From: a virus
Reading direction: 5' to 3' (one strand)
Length of the DNA: 44,891 nucleotides
Virus genome (UHGV): UHGV-0435695
Positions 17,836 through 26,716 of the stretch are shown piece by piece. How positions within the stretch are numbered: the stretch's first letter is position 1; each line of letters begins with the position of its first letter. The notes under the pieces were generated by a model. That model had not been told where the DNA came from and made no database searches. It worked only from the letters and a program-made list of their open reading frames with translations. A program made the position numbers and the translations under genes.

Positions 17836-18466
17836 TGCATAATACCTCATTAAACCTTTCTGTAAACGCCCGCACCCTCACGATATTTCCCATGCACTCG
17901 TCTGGCACGGTGCCGTAGAAGATAATCGTTTCCGGGCTTAACCGCCGCACCATTTCCTCATAGCCCGACAAAAACAGCGCTTTCTTTTCCTTGCTGTTCA
18001 TCACACCCACAGACGATACTGCCACAGCTCCGCCCTCTGGCTCTCCGTCAAAGCACCATGCAAAGCTATCCTGCGTACTCCATGAGATTGTGGGAATGAC
18101 TTGTATTTCCGCTTCTTGCAGATATGCGCCTACCCAGTGTTTGCGGTAGTGGTTGTATATCTGGATGGTTTTGGGAAAGTCGGTGTAGGTTGAGAAGTCA
18201 GGCGACATCACATAACGAAACCTCTGCAACATGGGTATGTATCGGTCAATATTCATCCAAATCCTGTTGAATTGGTAATCATCAAGGAAGAAATGCACGC
18301 CTTTCTTTTCCGGCTCCTTGCACGTCTTAGCAAAGTTGAAACCAATCCAGTCACAGCCGCCCTCATAGGTCACTGGCCCTATCTGCGGTATGCCATATTC
18401 TCCCACGCCGTCAAATATCCGGCGTTCCAGATTTTCATAATTACGGCGATTCCGGTAATTACTCAT
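17825..18466 (-). CDS. DUF4417 domain protein
   Basis: KGVHFFLDDYQFNRIWMNIDRYIPMLQRFRYVMSPDFS matches the DUF4417 core. Confidence 0.55.
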   Translation of the reverse strand: MSNYRNRRNYENLERRIFDGVGEYGIPQIGPVTYEGGCDWIGFNFAKTCKEPEKKGVHFFLDDYQFNRIWMNIDRYIPMLQRFRYVMSPDFSTYTDFPKTIQIYNHYRKHWVGAYLQEAEIQVIPTISWSTQDSFAWCFDGEPEGGAVAVSSVGVMNSKEKKALFLSGYEEMVRRLSPETIIFYGTVPDECMGNIVRVRAFTERFNEVLCNEW

Positions 18467-18726
18467 TTTGTTGCCTGCTTATATATCTGGTTCACACCCG
18501 TAGCCGCCAGTCCAGACACCATCCCCACAGCCACAGCGTTGATATAATCTGCCGCCGGGAAATCCGGCATGATGTTCATTCCCAGCACGCCCAGCATGCC
18601 GCCACATACCGCCATAATGACAGGAATCCACTCATCTGGGATTTTCTGTGCAGCCTTACAGCCTAAGCCGATAACGTAGCAGATAGCCACGATAGCCATG
18701 CATGTTCCTAATGTTGTAATGTCCAT
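18463..18726 (-). CDS. Small 3-TM membrane protein, holin-like
   Basis: 87 aa. TM segments are ITTLGTCMAIVAICYVIGL, WIPVIMAVCGGMLGVLGM and YINAVAVGMVSGLAATGV, followed by a charged C-terminus. Confidence 0.4.
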   Translation of the reverse strand: MDITTLGTCMAIVAICYVIGLGCKAAQKIPDEWIPVIMAVCGGMLGVLGMNIMPDFPAADYINAVAVGMVSGLAATGVNQIYKQATK

Positions 18727-18728
18727 AT

Positions 18729-19226
18729 TTACCCCATTCCGGCGTACAGCAATGGAACGCCACTATTATCTCTTACTCCCATCAGATGCCCCTTTGCTGT
18801 ATCATACAGGAGTTTATTGGTTACTTGCTCATCCCCTGCCGCAGAGTATAGAGCACTCCAGGCTTTAGCGCCATTAGCTATTTCAGACGGGGATGCATAG
18901 CTGATGGATTCGGAACCGGATGACTTTGACGTGATAACGCCTGTGGTTGCGCCTCCGGTCCCGCTGGTTATGCTTCCAGCGGCGGCAGATAGCGCCTGTT
19001 TTTCTGCCAGTTCCAAACCATACAGTTTATCAGCTAAGGCACATACGGCTTTCTTGATTTTGGTCTGCTCTCGTTCATTTTCTGGGAGGCCGTCAACCAA
19101 TCGTTTAAATGTCATCATATCAAGAAAGTCGCTTGCCCGTTCTGCCTGTTTATCAAATGATTGGGAATCAGGTATGGCACTGCCGTAGTATTTTGTTGTG
19201 TAAAATTCATAGTCTGCATATGCCAT
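18729..19226 (-). CDS. Head-tail connector-like protein
   Basis: MAYADYEFYTTKYYG...RASDFLD N-terminus, immediately downstream of the capsid gene. Confidence 0.4.
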   Translation of the reverse strand: MAYADYEFYTTKYYGSAIPDSQSFDKQAERASDFLDMMTFKRLVDGLPENEREQTKIKKAVCALADKLYGLELAEKQALSAAAGSITSGTGGATTGVITSKSSGSESISYASPSEIANGAKAWSALYSAAGDEQVTNKLLYDTAKGHLMGVRDNSGVPLLYAGMG

Positions 19227-19239
19227 ATTGATTCCTCAC

Positions 19240-19443
19240 TCACTCTGCCGCTTGCCTTTTTCTTTTAATGCTACACAGCTTAGTACATTTTGCCATGACT
19301 TCCGCGAGGGTATATTCCCCCATGGAATCCGTCATGGATGACTGTTCCTTGCTGTATGTCACCTTACCATCCTTGATGTCGACCGGGTACAGCCTCCCGT
19401 TTGATACCATGTAAGGCAGCCCGTCAATGATTGTAAACCTCAT
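19240..19443 (-). CDS. Hypothetical small protein downstream of the capsid gene
   Basis: An internal ATG with an AAGGTG RBS gives MRFTIIDGLPYMVSNGRLYPVDIKDGKVTY... Confidence 0.45.
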   Translation of the reverse strand: MRFTIIDGLPYMVSNGRLYPVDIKDGKVTYSKEQSSMTDSMGEYTLAEVMAKCTKLCSIKRKRQAAE

Positions 19444-19453
19444 ACTGTACACC

Positions 19454-20473
19454 TTATCCGTTGGAAATAATCTGACCGATACGGATGTTCTTTGCCTTGT
19501 ATGCAAGCTCCCAGTTAGCCTTGTTTCCAAGTTCTGTCTTGGTCGGGGATTCCCCGGAAATGCTTGCAACCTTGAGATTGAAGCCGTTCGGATGCAGTAC
19601 ACGGCCTTCCTTGGTATACAGTTTCTCGATACCTGCCTTTGTCTCCGCATCATAGTCTGTGTAATACGGCTCGTTGTAATTGGTCTTCTCTGCCGTCAGG
19701 ATGGCACCCTGTCCCACGATTGTGGTGATGTACTTCGGGACATCACCGGATGCATCCACCGTGAACCGGTCAGACACTACCGGGATGAGGCCGTTGATTG
19801 TCGGGAGGTTGACCTCCGATGTCATGGCATTCTGGATGGTGTACTTGTTATAGTTCACAAGCCCCATTGCCTGGTATCTCGCAAATATGAGTGAGTTCAT
19901 GATTGCGATTCCGAAACCGTTCGCCATGTCCCCAAGGGCCTTCTGCTGCGCATAAATCATGGTCGTTTCGTCAATCCTGTTGGCATCCTGTACGCTGCTC
20001 CCATCCGAAAGGGCAATGTTATATACATGGTCCTTCATCGAATCCAGCCCCATGACCGCATTCACGATGTTCATGAGTTCGGCCTCCCATACCTGCCGGT
20101 AATAGTCGGACACGCTGTTTGCGATATGCTGAATCGGGTCCGCCCCGGTAAGCTCCTTCGTGAAGTCCTGCGCTTTCCATGCCATCATCCTCTGAATCAG
20201 CATGGCGGTCTGCTTTCCGCCGCTAATCTCCTTCGGCGTGTTGTTCGTGTTACCATCATTGTTGTACGGCTCATAGTCTGCAATGTCCATTGCCTTATAG
20301 AATGGCAGTGTAGCAACATTACCCTCGGAACCGATGAGGTTCATGATGGTGCTGTCCTGCTGGAGTATGCCGGATGCGATGATTGCATTGCTCCATGTGG
20401 GCTGCTCCGACATATAATCGGAAAATACTTCCGGGTCAAATGCAAACCCTCCAAATGTACCTGTTCTTGGCAT
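19454..20473 (-). CDS. Major capsid protein
   Basis: 339 aa, directly after the scaffold gene; N-terminus MPRTGTFGGFAFDPEVF. Confidence 0.7.
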   Translation of the reverse strand: MPRTGTFGGFAFDPEVFSDYMSEQPTWSNAIIASGILQQDSTIMNLIGSEGNVATLPFYKAMDIADYEPYNNDGNTNNTPKEISGGKQTAMLIQRMMAWKAQDFTKELTGADPIQHIANSVSDYYRQVWEAELMNIVNAVMGLDSMKDHVYNIALSDGSSVQDANRIDETTMIYAQQKALGDMANGFGIAIMNSLIFARYQAMGLVNYNKYTIQNAMTSEVNLPTINGLIPVVSDRFTVDASGDVPKYITTIVGQGAILTAEKTNYNEPYYTDYDAETKAGIEKLYTKEGRVLHPNGFNLKVASISGESPTKTELGNKANWELAYKAKNIRIGQIISNG

Positions 20474-20479
20474 GATTCA

Positions 20480-21100
20480 TTATCCTTTCATACTGTTATA
20501 GAGTTCCGGGTTGCTGTTCTTGAGCGCAATCCTCTCGTCAAGGCTCATTCCCTTCCAATCCGCTTTTGTTAATTTTCCTGCGCTTCCGCTTTTGCCGGCC
20601 GGGACCGTGAACCTCGCCATGTTCTGTTGTGCCTGTTGCTGTGCATCATCAACAAACGCCGAAGCATCTTTTTCTTTCATTTGAGATAAAAGGTCATTCA
20701 GCCCCAGGATTTTACCATCTTTTAGCTTTAAATCGGCCTCTTTTACTTCTGCCATAATTGCACGTTTAGCTGCCTCGCTGGAAAATTTAATGCCTTCAAA
20801 TTCTGTTTTAAGCGCATCCGCAAAATCACGTTCATAAAGCTGTGCCTGGGCGTTTTTTTCGGCTTCTGTAGCTTTCTGTTTCCAATCAGACAGTTCTTTC
20901 TGCATCGTCTCCAGGTCAACCCCTTCAAAGCCTTTCAGCGTTGTTTCTGCTGCTTCTGCTTTTTCTTTCCAAGTATCCCGTTCCGATGTCAGATTGTCGT
21001 TTTCTTTCTGCAACTTTTTGAGGTCTTTCCCATTTTCAGCCATGACAAAAGATATCTGTTCCTCTGTTAATCCCTGTGCTTTTAATTCTTCAGTTTTCAT
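20480..21100 (-). CDS. Scaffolding protein
   Basis: Highly charged coiled-coil, 206 aa, preceding the capsid gene. Confidence 0.7.
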   Translation of the reverse strand: MKTEELKAQGLTEEQISFVMAENGKDLKKLQKENDNLTSERDTWKEKAEAAETTLKGFEGVDLETMQKELSDWKQKATEAEKNAQAQLYERDFADALKTEFEGIKFSSEAAKRAIMAEVKEADLKLKDGKILGLNDLLSQMKEKDASAFVDDAQQQAQQNMARFTVPAGKSGSAGKLTKADWKGMSLDERIALKNSNPELYNSMKG

Positions 21101-21362
21101 TGATGATTCTCCTTTTCCGTTATTAGGTTATTTGTAGGTGTGTAACCGTCCACCAACGGTTTGCCATTTTGTAGGACTTGGCGTGTCCCAAAACGCACAT
21201 GCCGGAAATTGCATCCGCTTTTCAACCTCCAGGCTGTTTACGCTAAGCGTTAGAACCTGTTTCTTTTAAGGACATGTGCTATAGGAAGGAGGTCAAATAT
21301 AAGAAAAAGCCACACAAACTACATTGCTGTAATCTGTATGGCTCTGCGACTGGCGACTGGCT

Positions 21363-21533
21363 CTAATTAATGTTTTGCATTTTTTTTATTTCATTTCCAT
21401 ATATATCCATTACAGTTGTATTCCTGCACTTTGGACAAAACACAGGTAAATTCTTGGCTTCGGTATCTTTTCTTATTTTTGTTCTTGTCTTATTATTACA
21501 TATAGGGCAGTATACCCAACCATCCTTGACCAT
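21363..21533 (-). CDS. Cysteine-rich KTR-family small zinc-ribbon protein
   Basis: Contains CPICNNKTRTKIRKDTEAKNLPVFCPKCRNT. Start MVKDGW, with an AAGGTG RBS. Confidence 0.6.
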   Translation of the reverse strand: MVKDGWVYCPICNNKTRTKIRKDTEAKNLPVFCPKCRNTTVMDIYGNEIKKMQNIN

Positions 21534-21615
21534 GTTTTCACCTTTTCTGTTTATTCCTATTTTCATTTTACCGTATTATCGAAAAAAAATCGTCCCCACA
21601 TTTTAATATTCCCTC

Positions 21616-21644
21616 TTGACTTTCCACGCATTGCGTGGTATGAT
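21616..21644 (+). promoter_or_regulatory. Sigma-70-type promoter: TTGACT, 17-nt spacer, TATGAT, with a perfect 7-bp inverted repeat in the spacer (likely operator)
   Basis: The -35 is at 21616-21621 and the -10 at 21639-21644. The palindrome CCACGCA-T-TGCGTGG (21624-21638) sits in the spacer, about 35 nt upstream of the plus-strand 4-gene operon. Confidence 0.6.
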
Positions 21645-21679
21645 ATATACATAAGATAAATACACAGGGGGATACAAAA

Positions 21680-21991
21680 ATGATGAAGAGAACAGAGAAT
21701 ACAAAGGAAATTAGAAACGAACTAAACGGATATAATATCCTGGTAGACCGGGCTGACTACCATAAAATTATTGCTTTTATGTTTACACAGGAAATGACCG
21801 GAACCGAGAAACAGGCGGCATATGCAAAAGATATTCTGGCCCAGAAGGTTTTTAAGACAGACGAAATGGCCGGAATGATGATATCAACGGGCAAGATGGA
21901 TGCACAGAGTTACACAGCCGGAATGGAAAGCCTTATCAGTCAGTTGAGCCAAATGACTGATGCCAAATATATCATAGAACATGTTAAATAA
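21680..21991 (+). CDS. Hypothetical protein, first gene of the plus-strand accessory operon
   Basis: ORF with a GGGGGA RBS. Confidence 0.5.
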   Translation: MMKRTENTKEIRNELNGYNILVDRADYHKIIAFMFTQEMTGTEKQAAYAKDILAQKVFKTDEMAGMMISTGKMDAQSYTAGMESLISQLSQMTDAKYIIEHVK

Positions 21992-22002
21992 GGAGGACGT
22001 TA

Positions 22003-22418
22003 TGAACAGAATTAAAGAGTACCGTACGAAAACCAATATGACACAATCTGATTTATCTTATTACCTTGGTATACCAAAAAGGACCATAGAGGATTGGGAG
22101 GTCGGGAAACGGAACCCGGCTCCCTGGGTCGAAGAATTAATCATCAGACAATTGGAGGAACTTATTCATCCATGTTTGATGAAAAAACTTTTAAATAGGT
22201 TTTCAGATTTGGCCTATGAAAAACTGCTTCCAGAAAACTATAATGTGTTTTCTGATGACCGCAAATTCTCTCATGATGATTATTTTAAAATCATACATGA
22301 CGAAATGGCAAAAATAGGAGTTGAGGACAGCGATTATGAGTACTGTCCGAAAAGCATTGACCCCAATTACCTAAAGAATGTACGAGCCGGGCGGGAAATA
22401 CATGAAACCATATTATAG
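22003..22418 (+). CDS. XRE-family HTH protein with a C-terminal domain of unknown function
   Basis: HTH segment TNMTQSDLSYYLGIPKRTIEDWEVGKRNP; the RBS is AAGGAGG. Confidence 0.6.
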
Positions 22419-22431
22419 GAGGAATATCAAT

Positions 22432-22722
22432 ATGAAAACTTTTAAAGGATACATAAATTATGGATGTTTGGCTGCTGAGAAAATCCCTTTGTTTACTGCG
22501 GAAAATCCTCACCCAACAGCAATAGTCAGCGAGGCGGTAGAGTATACAGTACCGGAAGGATGGGGCTGCGATGAAACGGAAACTGGCATTGTATTGACAG
22601 CTCCGTGGGGTTGGACTTATACATCGAACGAGCTGCTGCAAGGGAAAGAATCACCCTATCTATGTGTAATCAACAAAGAAGGAAAAGAAATCCATATTAT
22701 GTTAGATTGGAATCATATTTAA
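22432..22722 (+). CDS. Hypothetical protein
   Basis: RBS TAGGAGG, start MKTFKGY. Confidence 0.5.
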   Translation: MKTFKGYINYGCLAAEKIPLFTAENPHPTAIVSEAVEYTVPEGWGCDETETGIVLTAPWGWTYTSNELLQGKESPYLCVINKEGKEIHIMLDWNHI

Positions 22723-22737
22723 AGGAGAGAAAAATAA

Positions 22738-23090
22738 TGAATAAAAATACCGAACTTAGAAGGGAAGCTTTGAAAATCATTGAAGGCAGAAAAGAAAAAG
22801 ATATATATGACGCTGATTTGCTCGATAGCGACTGCCGATATACTACCGTTTTAGTTGATGGAGTAAATTACAGGATTTACATGGTTGGTAATGATGAGTG
22901 TTTTGATTTAGATGAGTTTTATCAATACGGCATTACTGATGATAACCATTTATTAAAATTTTATTTTGATTTACCGGAAGGTTTAGACGATTTAGGAAAT
23001 GTGGATTATGACCACGCATATCGTGTGGTTGATGTCACAAAAGAATGGGAATATACTGATTTAGGAGATTTTTTAGGTGATTTAGAGTAA
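22738..23090 (+). CDS. Hypothetical strongly acidic protein
   Basis: RBS AAAGGAGAG. About 33 Asp/Glu against about 12 Lys/Arg in 117 aa. Confidence 0.5.
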
Positions 23091-23296
23091 ATTGGAGAAA
23101 ATATTATGAAAAAAATATCGCTAACTCATAATGAGAAAACGATATTTTTTGATTTGTAACTAATAACAAATAAGCTAATATTTCAATCCACACCGCTCAA
23201 TTTGGGGAACAGTGACCAGTATCAGCCCCATACACCGATACTTTATGGGATAATAATATATCTTTTGTCCTTATTTGTCAAGATAATATTCGGTTT

Positions 23297-23728
23297 TTAT
23301 ACAATTTCTGCCAGCTTTTTAATTTGCCGTTGGATTTCTTTGCGCTCGTCCACGAAATCAGAATCTATCACCATAGAGGACAGCATATCGTAGACCTCTA
23401 CCATCAATCGCCCGACGGCCTCCATCAGTTTATCTTTATGCGCTTGGTCTCCGTTGGTCTGGTAAACCTGCTTTGCAGACAAATAGGCGTCATAGAGCTT
23501 ATCTACATTGTGGTCATATCTCCCGTTGGAATATTTTTTGATAACGCTCTCAGCGGCCTCTGCCATGACCGGGGCTACAGGCCACGTTTCGTCACGCATA
23601 CATTCCAGATTATGGATTGTGGTCGTCAGTTTGAAAATGGCGTCAAGGTTACTGGCCGTAAGCTTTTCCTTTGCGTTCTTCATTTCAATGTCAAGCTGTT
23701 TCCGCATGACTTCAATCATCTTTTCCAT
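23297..23728 (-). CDS. Hypothetical protein
   Basis: ORF. Confidence 0.45.
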   Translation of the reverse strand: MEKMIEVMRKQLDIEMKNAKEKLTASNLDAIFKLTTTIHNLECMRDETWPVAPVMAEAAESVIKKYSNGRYDHNVDKLYDAYLSAKQVYQTNGDQAHKDKLMEAVGRLMVEVYDMLSSMVIDSDFVDERKEIQRQIKKLAEIV

Positions 23729-24314
23729 GTTCTCCCTCCTTCGCCATATTCTTATATTTGTCGTGGATTTCTTTTTGGCTTTCTACAATGTAAATCATAT
23801 CGTAGCCTGTTGAAATCAGGTCAAGGATAATGCGCTCAACCTTTTTCAGCTCTTTATCCACATCTTTCACTAGACAATCCACAAAGATAGCGTCCGCCTC
23901 ATGCCCGGTTTCCCGCAGTTTGACCGCATATCTTTCATAGACGGTCTTTGTTTCTGCCTCCCAAGCATGATAAGCATTGAAGCCGTCCTCAACTGCTTTC
24001 TGTTTTGTGGCGCGGCCTACACTGATACGGTTTGCAGTCAGCCATGCCGCCGGAATCATTTTTACTTCGCCGGAAAAGCTATCAAACAGTAACTTTCCGT
24101 GATGATTAATATAGTACCGGCTCACACAAAGGTTTTTTTTGCTTTCACAGAGATATTGATACTCATGCATGCGTTTGTATCCACGCAAACCCAGAAAGTC
24201 AAAATAATCTGACATTTGACGGTGGAACATCAGCGCGGCAATCTGCCGAAAATTGATTTCGTTATAAATTTCTTCTACCGTCTGAGCCTCCATATTGCTT
24301 TTAAAATTAATCAT
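23712..24314 (-). CDS. Hypothetical protein
   Basis: ORF overlapping the next one by 17 nt. Confidence 0.45.
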   Translation of the reverse strand: MINFKSNMEAQTVEEIYNEINFRQIAALMFHRQMSDYFDFLGLRGYKRMHEYQYLCESKKNLCVSRYYINHHGKLLFDSFSGEVKMIPAAWLTANRISVGRATKQKAVEDGFNAYHAWEAETKTVYERYAVKLRETGHEADAIFVDCLVKDVDKELKKVERIILDLISTGYDMIYIVESQKEIHDKYKNMAKEGEHGKDD

Positions 24315-24336
24315 CCGAAAGACCTCCTTTCAGTGA

Positions 24337-24753
24337 TTATGCCAGCCGCTTAATGATGATATTTGCATCCTTAACCAACGCGGCAACGGAAGGGGAAACA
24401 TTTCCGACAGTAATCGTTTTAGATGCGCCGCAAGGAACACGGATTAACGTACTTACAGAAACACTCTGGAATGTATTTGCAGTAACAACGGTATAATCCA
24501 TTTCGGTACCTCCAATCGCTTCTCCGTTAGAGCGTATTGCAAGTGCGGTAGCTCCTGCCGCCGTTGCTGAAACATTGGCGTTAAATTCTACTTCATAAAT
24601 ACCCGGCTTTGCAAGCACGAACTGGCCACTTCCAGCATCATGCTGAATAGCTCCACCGCATCCACAAGCGTTTGTTCTTACTCTGTCCGTTGCGAACAAT
24701 ACGTTTTCATTAACTGCTACGGTCTGCTGACCAATCCCTATTGAATTTATCAT
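24337..24753 (-). CDS. BclA C-terminal-domain-like (C1q/TNF-like fold) protein without a collagen stalk
   Basis: Ends ...VGNVSPSVAALVKDANIIIKRLA, resembling the BclA C-terminal-domain ending ...SASIIIEKVA. Beta-rich, 138 aa. Confidence 0.45.
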   Translation of the reverse strand: MINSIGIGQQTVAVNENVLFATDRVRTNACGCGGAIQHDAGSGQFVLAKPGIYEVEFNANVSATAAGATALAIRSNGEAIGGTEMDYTVVTANTFQSVSVSTLIRVPCGASKTITVGNVSPSVAALVKDANIIIKRLA

Positions 24754-24820
24754 AATTTTCTCCTTTCACATTCGGAGAGGGATAGACTTACCACGTCTAC
24801 CCCTCTCCGATATCGCAAGA

Positions 24821-25039
24821 CTACTGTGTAGATATGGATTCTTCCAACATGCGTATGATTTTCTTTTGATTTTCAATGATTTCCTTGAAATACTTTTCCT
24901 CTTGAATTTGTAGTTCCGCCATGATATCTGAATTACTGGCCTGCGATAAATCAGACTGATAATTCATTACTTGGAGAAATATTCCAAACAGATTAAGCAT
25001 ATCAAGGGTGGACAAATTTCTATCCATTAACATCCGCAA
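24821..25039 (-). CDS. Hypothetical small protein
   Basis: ORF. Confidence 0.35.
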   Translation of the reverse strand: MRMLMDRNLSTLDMLNLFGIFLQVMNYQSDLSQASNSDIMAELQIQEEKYFKEIIENQKKIIRMLEESISTQ

Positions 25040-25650
25040 GAATTACCGCATCCGCCATAGTTATAAGCGAAATATGGGCTGCACGTTAAGTACGCCGGTT
25101 TTGGTGTCGGCTGCAATGTGCTGATAATGTTTGCGCTCTGTGCCTGCTGGCTAAGCTGGAAGTTTGCAGTAGACAAATCTCTGTCACGCTCAGCTAAACG
25201 GTCTCTTAAATCCTGAATGGTATTTGCCTGAATTAAACCGCGGGTAGCCTCTCCCTCCGCATGGATAGCGGTTTTCAAATCACAGCAGCAATTTGAAAGC
25301 TGCGCCTGTAAGGTCTGCGCCTGAAGCGCTGCATCATACCGGCTCTGTAAAATCTCTTTCTGAGTTTCGCAGCAACAAAGTTGATTTGTATACCGATTCT
25401 CTAAAACATCACGCTGAGTCTGGCAAGCGGTGTTAGATACATTTTGATTAGTATTGAAGATATCGCGCTTAATGAACTCCTCTGATACAAGCGGGCTTTC
25501 TGCGCCGTAATTACCGCCCCAGTTGCCACGGAACAGAAATGCAAGCAGAATAATCCAAATCCAAGCACCATTGCCAAATCCGTCATAACCATCATTTCTG
25601 GTCACTGCCGCAACATCAGCAGCGGACAGTCCCATTGTTCCTTCTGTCAT
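25027..25650 (-). CDS. Hypothetical membrane-anchored coiled-coil protein with CCC triplets and a Cys/Gly-rich C-terminus
   Basis: N-terminal TM segment GAWIWIILLAFLF, glutamine-rich coiled-coil containing CCCETQ and CCCDLK, and a C-terminus YNYGGCGNSCGC. Confidence 0.45.
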   Translation of the reverse strand: MTEGTMGLSAADVAAVTRNDGYDGFGNGAWIWIILLAFLFRGNWGGNYGAESPLVSEEFIKRDIFNTNQNVSNTACQTQRDVLENRYTNQLCCCETQKEILQSRYDAALQAQTLQAQLSNCCCDLKTAIHAEGEATRGLIQANTIQDLRDRLAERDRDLSTANFQLSQQAQSANIISTLQPTPKPAYLTCSPYFAYNYGGCGNSCGC

Positions 25651-25706
25651 GTTGGTTTTCTCCTTATCATTTATTTATCAAAACCGCCGGCCGGACAGTC
25701 TTAATA

Positions 25707-25958
25707 TCATTTCATCATGCCAAGTATCTGCTGGGGATTTACCCCGTTTGCCTGGCACTGCTCCATAAATACCTGTTGGGGATTCTTCCCCTGGCACATA
25801 TCCATAGCTTTTTTAATCGCTGGGTCTGACTGCGCCATGCTCTGTATCATGGCCGCCGGATTGCCCGAATTTTTCAGCATACCCATCATTTGCGCCAGCC
25901 CGCCCATTGCGTTCATCGGGCCGCCTCCACCCAATATTCCCATTAACGGATTACTCAT
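25707..25958 (-). CDS. Hypothetical small Gly/Met/Gln-rich protein
   Basis: ORF. Confidence 0.4.
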   Translation of the reverse strand: MSNPLMGILGGGGPMNAMGGLAQMMGMLKNSGNPAAMIQSMAQSDPAIKKAMDMCQGKNPQQVFMEQCQANGVNPQQILGMMK

Positions 25959-26388
25959 TAGTGGTTTCTCCTTTCTGTATTGGCTCGCCTAATTTCGCCA
26001 GCAGGGCGTTAAATTCATCACGGGTGACATACTTACCATCCATATTCACAGGAGCCGCCTGCGGGGCTGTGAGTGCGTCTGGGGTCACTTCCTCGAATCG
26101 AAACGCCTTTAATGTCGCCGTCCCCATACCATCTACAGACTTTACATAAAAAAGCGGCGCATTATTATCCATCATCCACGCTGTTCCACCGGGCTGAACA
26201 ATTTGATTTCTGGCCCCCTCAATGTCCGCTACTTGAATCCAGTTTACATTTGGCTGTGCCGGGGCTTGCGGCATCGGTTGAAACTGCTGTTGCATACTCT
26301 GTAACTGCTGAATCCGGTTCTGAATGTCCGCCGGATTGTTCAACCCTGCCGGGAGCATACCGGGAGTATATGGCATATATCCGTTCAT
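25951..26388 (-). CDS. Hypothetical protein with a Pro/Gln-rich N-terminus
   Basis: ORF; conserved-looking core WIQVADIEGARNQIVQPGGTAWMMDNNAPLFYVKSVDGMG. Confidence 0.45.
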   Translation of the reverse strand: MNGYMPYTPGMLPAGLNNPADIQNRIQQLQSMQQQFQPMPQAPAQPNVNWIQVADIEGARNQIVQPGGTAWMMDNNAPLFYVKSVDGMGTATLKAFRFEEVTPDALTAPQAAPVNMDGKYVTRDEFNALLAKLGEPIQKGETTNE

Positions 26389-26504
26389 GGAAACCTCCTA
26401 TGACTAAATTCTAAGACTAATTGTGTCTTTATATAGTTAAATTATGGCATAAAAAATAAGCCTCTGACAGGTCATCAAAGACTTATAAAAGTATCACGCA
26501 AGTA

Positions 26505-26705
26505 TCAGCATACACGTATTATTTTGTTGTTTACTTTTCTGCTCAATCGCTTTGCTGTAGAGACACTGACATTCATTAATTCAGCGCAATGTTCCAAAGG
26601 ATAGTTCTTGGCCCGGTACTCAAACAATGACCGTTCTTCATCTGTGAAGTTACAATATATACGAAAATAATTTAGTTCTGGCACTGTGAAATCGTATACT
26701 TTCAA
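26505..26705 (-). CDS. Small sigma-70 region-4-like HTH protein, a possible late-gene regulator
   Basis: FTDEERSLFEYRAKNYPLEHCAELMNVSVSTAKRLSRKV resembles a region-4 / LuxR-type HTH. Confidence 0.45.
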   Translation of the reverse strand: MKVYDFTVPELNYFRIYCNFTDEERSLFEYRAKNYPLEHCAELMNVSVSTAKRLSRKVNNKIIRVC

Positions 26706-26716
26706 GAAAATTCTCC

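Noticed and set aside
19240-19653. Full 137-aa ORF overlapping the 3' end of the capsid gene
   Set aside because: The N-terminal 70 aa are an Arg-rich out-of-frame read of the capsid gene. Only the part after the internal ATG with an RBS (19240-19443) is plausible.
19427-20572. Plus-strand ORFs (155 and 181 aa) overlapping the major capsid gene
   Set aside because: Shadow ORFs antisense to the capsid gene; Cys/Arg-rich nonsense products.
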